Positions 5,827 through 11,576 of a DNA stretch of 11,576 bases are shown in pieces. Under the pieces are notes generated by a model. It did not search any database. It saw only the letters and a program-made list of their open reading frames with translations, and was not told the origin of the DNA. How positions within the stretch are numbered: position 1 is the stretch's first letter; the number at the start of each line of letters is the position of its first letter. The stretch is from Candidatus Caldarchaeum sp. (GTDB taxonomy: Archaea; Thermoproteota; Nitrososphaeria_A; Caldarchaeales; Caldarchaeaceae): positions 1 to 11,576 of the forward strand of contig JAWBRA010000035.1 of assembly GCA_038844785.1 (NCBI GenBank), in the 5' to 3' direction. The translations under genes and the position numbers were made by a program.

Positions 5827-6760
5827 ACAGCCGTTCAAAATCGGGCTTATCGGATACATCCTTATCATTACATTATCATTCATTCCGCTTTTAACAGGAA
5901 ACACTGCTACGATAGCGTTTGCATGGTCTTTCCTTCAACTCCTAGCCTTAGTAATGAGCCTGAACTTCATCACGGGTTTCACAGGATACGTCAACTTCGG
6001 GCACATCGCCTACTACGGCATAGGTGCCTACGTCGTGGCGTACCTGACCACGGTAACACGCTTAGACCCCTATACGTTTGTTCTAGCCGCCGCAGCAGTC
6101 TCAGCCATAGTGGCCTACGTGATCGGACTTCCCGTCCTCAGAATCCGCGGCCCCTACTTTGCGATAACCACGCTCGGCCTAGGAGAGGCAACACGTATCA
6201 TAATTGTCAACATCCCCGCCTTTAACTTCAGCGAAGGCCTACCAATAGCAGCCTACTTCACATATAACGTCAGCAACTCATACATCGCGATGCTGTTAAC
6301 CGTGGCCGCCTTATTCCTAGTCACGTTGTTCTTAAAGAAGACAAGGTTTGGAGCAATGCTGGAAGCCATCCGAGAGGACGAAGACTTGGCTGAATCGATG
6401 GGCATCAACACAGGTAGGGCGAAGCTTGCTGCATATGTCTTGAGCGCGGCCAGCGCAGGGGTTATCGGCGGACTAACCGCGATAACGCATGTCTACGCTC
6501 ACCCGGGATTTTTCTCTATCACGCTGAACGTTTCAGTGCTGGCGTCGCTGTTGATAGGAGGGGGTGGAACGTTGTTAGGGCCTCTTGCAGGCTCAGCCAT
6601 TTTCTATTTTATCGCCGACGCGTTGTTGCTCAGGTTTCCATATCTCCATCTCGTAATCTTCGGCGTAGTTGTGATGGTTATAACCGTTGCCTTGCCCCGA
6701 GGGCTTGCCCATCTCTTCTACCGGTATCCTAAAATCTCAAAATATCTCGCAGATGCATAG
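5813..6760 (+). CDS. livM: Liv-type ABC transporter permease (LivM family)
   Basis: 315 aa. LNFITGFTGYVNFGHIAYYGIGAY, LRIRGPYFAITTLGLGE, AIREDEDLAESMGIN, IGGGGTLLGPLAG. Overlaps livH by 14 nt. Confidence 0.93.
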   Translation: MAQDKQPFKIGLIGYILIITLSFIPLLTGNTATIAFAWSFLQLLALVMSLNFITGFTGYVNFGHIAYYGIGAYVVAYLTTVTRLDPYTFVLAAAAVSAIVAYVIGLPVLRIRGPYFAITTLGLGEATRIIIVNIPAFNFSEGLPIAAYFTYNVSNSYIAMLLTVAALFLVTLFLKKTRFGAMLEAIREDEDLAESMGINTGRAKLAAYVLSAASAGVIGGLTAITHVYAHPGFFSITLNVSVLASLLIGGGGTLLGPLAGSAIFYFIADALLLRFPYLHLVIFGVVVMVITVALPRGLAHLFYRYPKISKYLADA

Positions 6761-7456
6761 CTATTCGAACAAAAATTCACCACGTCTTATAAACTCTACA
6801 GTTCCTTCTGCTTTTATTCGACCCAGCTCGACGTAGTAAACATAATCTGCGATTTCCAAAACTTTATCAATATATTGGTCGACGACAAGCATTCCGATGT
6901 TTTTCCCCGCCAGTTTTTTCAACTCATCGTAGACTTGGTCTGCCATCATGGGTGAAAGCCCGACGGTCGGCTCGTCGATGAGTAGAAACTTCGGTTCGTT
7001 CATCATGGCTTTAGCCAGCTCGAGGAACTTCTGCTCTCCGCCGCTCATTTTACCCGCCTTGGTCAGCAGCCTTTCACGCAACCGTGGAAACTGTTCCAAA
7101 ACCATTTCGATACGCTCTTTCACCTTCGCCCTGTCATTTCTGAAGACCCAGGCCGAAAGCTCCAGATTTTCTTTGACTGTCATAGAAGTGAAAATCCCAC
7201 TTTCCTGCGGAATATAGAAGACGCCCATCCTAATCCTTTGATGAGGCTCTGCACAAGTGATGTCACTGTTGTCGAGGAAGATTTTTCCATGCCGGGGTTT
7301 CAAAAGCCCAAACAATGTCTTGAGCAGTGTGCTTTTGCCTGCGCCGTTAGGTCCTATTACTGCAAAGACTTTTCCAGGCTCAACTTTTACGCTTACGCCG
7401 TCGAGGACCGTAATGTCGCCCACGTAGGCTACTGACAGGTTTTCAGCCCGCAGCAC
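6761..7456 (-). CDS. livF: Liv-type ABC transporter ATP-binding protein (LivF family)
   Basis: 231 aa. Walker A GPNGAGKS, signature MSGGE, Walker B FLLIDEPTVGLSP, LivF-type VDQ. Confidence 0.93.
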   Translation of the reverse strand: MLRAENLSVAYVGDITVLDGVSVKVEPGKVFAVIGPNGAGKSTLLKTLFGLLKPRHGKIFLDNSDITCAEPHQRIRMGVFYIPQESGIFTSMTVKENLELSAWVFRNDRAKVKERIEMVLEQFPRLRERLLTKAGKMSGGEQKFLELAKAMMNEPKFLLIDEPTVGLSPMMADQVYDELKKLAGKNIGMLVVDQYIDKVLEIADYVYYVELGRIKAEGTVEFIRRGEFLFE

Positions 7457-8192
7457 TTCTCTTCACCCCGAGATACAGCTTTACAACCTCTTGGTTGCGC
7501 AGCACCTCGTCTGGCGGGCCCTCCAACAGCTTGGAGCCGGCGGTCATGAAGACAACACGTTGGCAGAGTCGTCTGATTTCGGTTATGTCGTGGCTGACGA
7601 CGAGGATGGATAAACCCTGCGCGTTCACTTTTTCAAGGGCGTTGATTAGCCAGTTTTTCAAGACGGGGTTGACGCCTGCGAACGGTTCGTCGAGAAGCAG
7701 CAGCTTGGGTTTCAGCATCATGGCTCTCGCAAATTCGAGGAGCTTTCTTTCTCCGCCGCTTAGCTGGGAGGCGAGGAGGTTTGCTTTTTCATTCAGTTTT
7801 ACAAGAGAGAGCATCTCCAACGCCCTTTCCCTCAGCTCGTCTATGGAGACTTTCATCCACGAAGAGGATGAAATTAGGTTATCAAGAACCGTGATGTTTC
7901 CGAAGACTTTCGGGATTTGGTAGGTTTTGATGACGCCGAGACGGGCTAGCTCGTAGGCTTTTTTGCCCACGATGTTTTCATCGTAAAAGTAGATGGAGCC
8001 GGCTTCAGGCTTTAGCAGCCCGCACACAACGTTGATGAAGGTGGTTTTGCCGGCGCCGTTGGGACCTATCAAACCCAGAATTTCTCCTTCAAACATCTCC
8101 AGAGAAAAACCGTTCAAAGCCTTCAAACCATCATAATACTTGACAACGTTGACAGCCTTCAAAACAAACTTAGAACCGCTGTCGTAAACCAT
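7443..8192 (-). CDS. livG: Liv-type ABC transporter ATP-binding protein (LivG family), start corrected to ATG 8192 (249 aa)
   Basis: GLIGPNGAGKTT, LSGGE, LLLLDEPFAGVNP, SHD, C-terminal VVKLYLG. The ORF-track extension to 8372 runs through the promoter and tRNA. A minus-strand TTTAAA lies ~28 nt upstream of ATG 8192. Confidence 0.92.
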   Translation of the reverse strand: MVYDSGSKFVLKAVNVVKYYDGLKALNGFSLEMFEGEILGLIGPNGAGKTTFINVVCGLLKPEAGSIYFYDENIVGKKAYELARLGVIKTYQIPKVFGNITVLDNLISSSSWMKVSIDELRERALEMLSLVKLNEKANLLASQLSGGERKLLEFARAMMLKPKLLLLDEPFAGVNPVLKNWLINALEKVNAQGLSILVVSHDITEIRRLCQRVVFMTAGSKLLEGPPDEVLRNQEVVKLYLGVKRSAAG

Positions 8193-8214
8193 TAACGGCG
8201 AGAAAACTTCCGCC

Positions 8215-8302
8215 AAAAATTTAAATCTATACAAAAACCGTCTACACCTTGCATAGACGATACACGTTTTCACCAGCCATCTGAAAATTACGCTTTTATA
8301 CA
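8215..8302. promoter_or_regulatory. Divergent promoters for livG-livF (minus) and tRNA-Cys (plus)
   Basis: Minus-strand ATTTAAAT at 8226-8219. Plus-strand TTTTATA at 8294-8300, 26 nt upstream of the tRNA. Confidence 0.6.
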
Positions 8303-8325
8303 AACAACAGCGTTGAATGTGTGGG

Positions 8326-8397
8326 GCCGGGGTGGCCGAGAAGTTAGGCGGCGGCCTGCAGAGCCGCTTCACAGGGGTGCAAATCCCCTCCCCGGCT
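8326..8397 (+). tRNA. tRNA-Cys: tRNA-Cys(GCA), intronless, CCA not encoded
   Basis: Acceptor stem GCCGGGG/CCCCGGC with U73 discriminator (Cys identity element). D stem GCC/GGC, anticodon arm GCGGC-CT-GCA-GA-GCCGC (anticodon 8358-8360), T arm AGGGG-TGCAAAT-CCCCT. Confidence 0.95.
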
Positions 8398-8554
8398 TAG
8401 GCTAGTTTATGGTGTTGTCTCAAAAATATCGCAGTTCTCCGGCAGAAAGAATTTTTGAAACATGGGCTTGGGGATGCGATGTTTCTGGGCAGACTTGCCG
8501 TCGTAGCTGGGTAGGATAGAAGCTTCGCCCTTGCTCCAGCATCAACTGTATAAG

Positions 8555-9817
8555 CTACTCGTATTTCAAGGCTTTAACGGCATCCATTCTGCTGGCTCTC
8601 CACGCCGGATATATGCCTGCGGCGACGCTGATGAATGCTGCGAAGAAATAGGCTGAGGCGACGTTTTCAGGAGCTATTACCGGCGTCAGGGAAAATGAAA
8701 CTCCACCAGCTGTCGAGGCGGTGGGCGGGCCGAACATCTGTGGACCACGTGGTTGTCCAAACGCACCTCCAGCTGGGAATAAGGATATGAAGTTTGGAAT
8801 GCTAAATGCTCCGACCACTCCTAGGGCCACGCCGACCAGACCACCCACAAGCCCTATCATCAGAGATTCCAGCAGGAAGATGTTGAGTATCTCTCTACCG
8901 CTGTATCCAATGGCCTTCATAACGCCTATCTCTTTGGTCCTCTCGATTACGGAGATGAGCATTATGTTGGCTATTCCGAGCCCGGCTACAGTCAACGAGA
9001 TAGCCGCCACCGAGCCTAAAAGAATGCCAAAAGACTGGATAACCGACCCCACCGTCTGCGAAAGTGTTTGCAGTGCTAGGATACGTGTTCTATCGCCGTA
9101 CAGGGCTGTGAGCTGGTCGACGACTAGCTGGACGTTTTCCACGCTGTCAGCTCTAACGAGTATGAGGTTGTAGTTTCTCATGTTGGTTATGCTACGCAAC
9201 GCTCCGATGGAGACGAAGATGGAGTTATCTATCGAGATGAACGCCGATGCACCGTATCTCTCGAGTATTCCAGTCACTATAACCGGAACTCTGCGGACTG
9301 AAGTTTGAAATCTTTGTTCTACATACAATGGTTGAGCGAGCATGACTGCTTGAGCGCCGCCGAGCGTAGATGGATAAGCAACCTCAAACCCAGCTACTCC
9401 AATTGGAGCGATGGTGTTGGGGTATATCTGCCCCTCCTTCAGCCTCAGCTCTCCTAGAAGGGTGGGTAGTAGCGAGGGGTCCACGCCGACCATGGTTAGC
9501 TCGACGTCTTGTCCAGACCGCTGGACATACACTCTTGCCGACATCATCGGCACAACCGATTCAACGTTCGGTAGTGATGAAATGACAGCTACGTCGGCAT
9601 CTGTTAGCTGGGTTCTTCCAAGCGGCGTTACCACTATCGAGGTTGGGCCAAGGGCCTGCAGCTGGTTCACTATCATCCTCTGGGCTCCTGCTGTCTGGGC
9701 TACCAAAGCGATAATGCTCGCCACACCTATAGCTATGGCCAGCACTAGGAGAGAAACTCTAACTTTTCTTTCACGCCAAGGCTTGATGCTGAGTATTACG
9801 GCGTCCCTTAGCTTCAA
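8555..9817 (-). CDS. MacB/FtsX-family (type VII) ABC transporter permease
   Basis: 420 aa. N-terminal R.SLLVLAIAIGVASII, extracellular domain, AAISLTVAGLGIANIMLISVIERTKEIGVMKAIG, GIYPAWRASRMDAVKALKYE. TTG start with GGAGG upstream, overlapping the upstream stop (TTGA). Confidence 0.93.
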   Translation of the reverse strand: MKLRDAVILSIKPWRERKVRVSLLVLAIAIGVASIIALVAQTAGAQRMIVNQLQALGPTSIVVTPLGRTQLTDADVAVISSLPNVESVVPMMSARVYVQRSGQDVELTMVGVDPSLLPTLLGELRLKEGQIYPNTIAPIGVAGFEVAYPSTLGGAQAVMLAQPLYVEQRFQTSVRRVPVIVTGILERYGASAFISIDNSIFVSIGALRSITNMRNYNLILVRADSVENVQLVVDQLTALYGDRTRILALQTLSQTVGSVIQSFGILLGSVAAISLTVAGLGIANIMLISVIERTKEIGVMKAIGYSGREILNIFLLESLMIGLVGGLVGVALGVVGAFSIPNFISLFPAGGAFGQPRGPQMFGPPTASTAGGVSFSLTPVIAPENVASAYFFAAFISVAAGIYPAWRASRMDAVKALKYE

Positions 9818-11576
9818 CGTTTCCTCCTCCCTAAGACGAGTCCGACAACCAGGCCGGCTGCTAAAGCCCCGGCTACCATGACTGGGGTTTGAAGGAAGGC
9901 TGGCTGCTGTGCTGCCGTAGTCTGGACGGCGCCACCCCTAGAGACTCCCTGTGCTGGCTGGCCCACCACTACCGGGATTGTCAAGCTCTCTGTGAAGGAT
10001 TCGCCCAGCTGGTTCCTGTAAGTTATTACCAATGGTATCAGGCTAAGGCCTGGCCGTGTCGTGTTGAGTACTGTCATGGAGATTGTGACTGAGCTGGGTG
10101 TGTTTACCGCAACGTCGCCGAGGAAGGTGCGGGTCTGACCGAAGGGCCTGAATCCCTGTACCTCACCAGGCCTTATCGAAACCGACATAGCGGTTGACGT
10201 TCCAACGTTGACAACCACAGCTGTGATGGAGAAAACCTGGCCTGGAGAAGGCCTCTCCGGCAGAACAGAGTAGTCAACCACCTCGAACTTGACAAGTCCT
10301 TTGACGAGAACCCCTATCTGCCTCTCCTCCTGCTTGGGAACGTTGTCCTGCATGAAGTAAGTCACTCTTAAGGTGAGGGGCAAGGAGGTGGGGGCTCCTT
10401 GCGTAATGTAGAGACGTGTTTTAAACTCATGTTCTTCACCGGGCCTGAGAGATTCTAGCGTCAGCGGGCTGTCCTGAATCCATGTAGCCTGGGATGTTGT
10501 TTGAGGTGTTTCTACTGTGATTGCCTTAAGAGTTGTTGTTCCTGTGTTCTGCAGGTAGACGGTCACGTTGTTTATGGTTCCAGAATACAACAACGTAGGG
10601 CTAAGCCTGATTACTATCGGAGAGAGCAGCTCCTTCGAGACAGCTGAGACAAAGAACATGAGGGTTCTCGACTCCGACCTAATTTGGTTGGAGTCATCAA
10701 CATAGGTGAGGGATGTTACCGCCTGCACGGATGGTGCGGTGGTCTCGCTTACATAGAAGCTGACTGGTATGTTTACAGTCTCTCCTGCCGCTATCGAGTC
10801 TACGTGGAACCTTCCGTCGCTGCCTATGAGGATGAGAGGAGGTGATACGGAAAGGGTGAGGGTCAGGTCGCGGATAGGGGAGGTGCCTACGTTGCTGACA
10901 ACAAGCCCTAGAGAGTTTACCTGGAGCATTGTGAGGGTGTTGGACGTGGCTCCCACTATCATGTTCGGCGTCCCCGGAAGACCGACGACGTAGCCCAGCT
11001 CGAAGCTCTGCATCCGACTGTTGAGGTATGCGTCGAGATAGCTGACGCTAAAGCTTAGCGTGAGAGGTAACCCGCCTAGCGAGGGCGCTATGTAAAGGCT
11101 GAGCGGTATGCTGACGCTCTCGCCGGAACCTATTTCTCCAAACTCATACGTCTGCTTGAAAAGGCTGACCTGCGAAGGAGCCGCCACCCTAAGCTGAACA
11201 TTCTTAGCCGCCCCAGACCCCTCGTTCTTCAGAACCACTGAGATGGAGTTGCTCATCCCGGCAACCAGCCTTGTCTCAACCCTCTCCATTACAAGCCTAA
11301 CCTCACCTTTGATCGGTAGCTTGACAGCGGAGCTCGTTGAGAAAACAGTACCGTCGGCAAGGTAGCCTGTGAAGCGTAGCGAAGCATCGTAGACACCAAG
11401 CTTGACGTCTTCAGCCACGTTGACTCTGAAGGTTACGGTTGCCGTCTGCCCTCTCTGTAAGGAGGATATGTAAGCTTGTACATAGTTTGAGCCGTCTAGG
11501 CCTGTTAAGCCTTTAGGCAACACGAGCAGCAGGCTTGCATAGCTCAGAGCCTCCTCTCGCATGTATAGTATTTTTA
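9814..11576 (-). CDS. COG1361-like S-layer-domain / repeated Ig-like (CARDB-like) protein with C-terminal TM anchor, 5'-truncated by the window edge
   Basis: Repeated 'L.N.G...A.NV...V...G.I..GE...V.F.L.V...Y.D' units; C-terminal TM helix followed by GRRKR. The frame is open to the window end (..KILYMREE) and no signal peptide is visible, so the real start is upstream. Adjacency to a MacB-type permease is typical in archaea. Confidence 0.82.
   Translation of the reverse strand, partial: KILYMREEALSYASLLLVLPKGLTGLDGSNYVQAYISSLQRGQTATVTFRVNVAEDVKLGVYDASLRFTGYLADGTVFSTSSAVKLPIKGEVRLVMERVETRLVAGMSNSISVVLKNEGSGAAKNVQLRVAAPSQVSLFKQTYEFGEIGSGESVSIPLSLYIAPSLGGLPLTLSFSVSYLDAYLNSRMQSFELGYVVGLPGTPNMIVGATSNTLTMLQVNSLGLVVSNVGTSPIRDLTLTLSVSPPLILIGSDGRFHVDSIAAGETVNIPVSFYVSETTAPSVQAVTSLTYVDDSNQIRSESRTLMFFVSAVSKELLSPIVIRLSPTLLYSGTINNVTVYLQNTGTTTLKAITVETPQTTSQATWIQDSPLTLESLRPGEEHEFKTRLYITQGAPTSLPLTLRVTYFMQDNVPKQEERQIGVLVKGLVKFEVVDYSVLPERPSPGQVFSITAVVVNVGTSTAMSVSIRPGEVQGFRPFGQTRTFLGDVAVNTPSSVTISMTVLNTTRPGLSLIPLVITYRNQLGESFTESLTIPVVVGQPAQGVSRGGAVQTTAAQQPAFLQTPVMVAGALAAGLVVGLVLGRRKR

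Noticed and set aside
8193-8372. 60-aa N-terminal extension of livG in the ORF track
   Set aside because: Overlaps the tRNA and both promoters; ATG 8192 gives normal length and TATA spacing.
2789-10993. Short antisense and alternate-frame ORFs inside the large genes (e.g. 7495-7923, 8721-9173, 9411-9881)
   Set aside because: Shadow ORFs of well-supported genes with no independent motifs.

Overview
Archaeal genomic DNA: TATA-type promoters lie about 25 nt upstream of apparently leaderless starts, and there is an archaeal-type tRNA-Cys and a COG1361-like protein. The style fits a thermophilic Thermoproteota/'Aigarchaeota'-like organism (inference only). Bases 1-490 are GC-rich, non-coding and heavily structured, with two divergent TATA boxes. 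The leftward transcript begins with a box C/D-like module whose D guide is complementary to the anticodon loop of tRNA-Lys(UUU), with the N+5 position on wobble U34, and it runs on into stem-loops and a 21-nt direct repeat at the window edge. Bases ~700-2560 are decayed gene fragments: an AAA+ lid/Vps4_C-like C-terminus, an IS6-family transposase remnant, a Zn-ribbon fragment and a possible PolB2-operon small-protein remnant. Bases 2689-8192 encode a luciferase-like (LLM/Mer-like) oxidoreductase and a Liv-type ABC transporter whose two ATPase genes are on the opposite strand, converging stop-to-stop with no gap. Next come a tRNA-Cys(GCA) with non-canonical A18/G55, a MacB/FtsX-type permease, and a COG1361-like S-layer-domain protein cut off by the window end. 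All family assignments come from motif recognition by eye; no searches were run.
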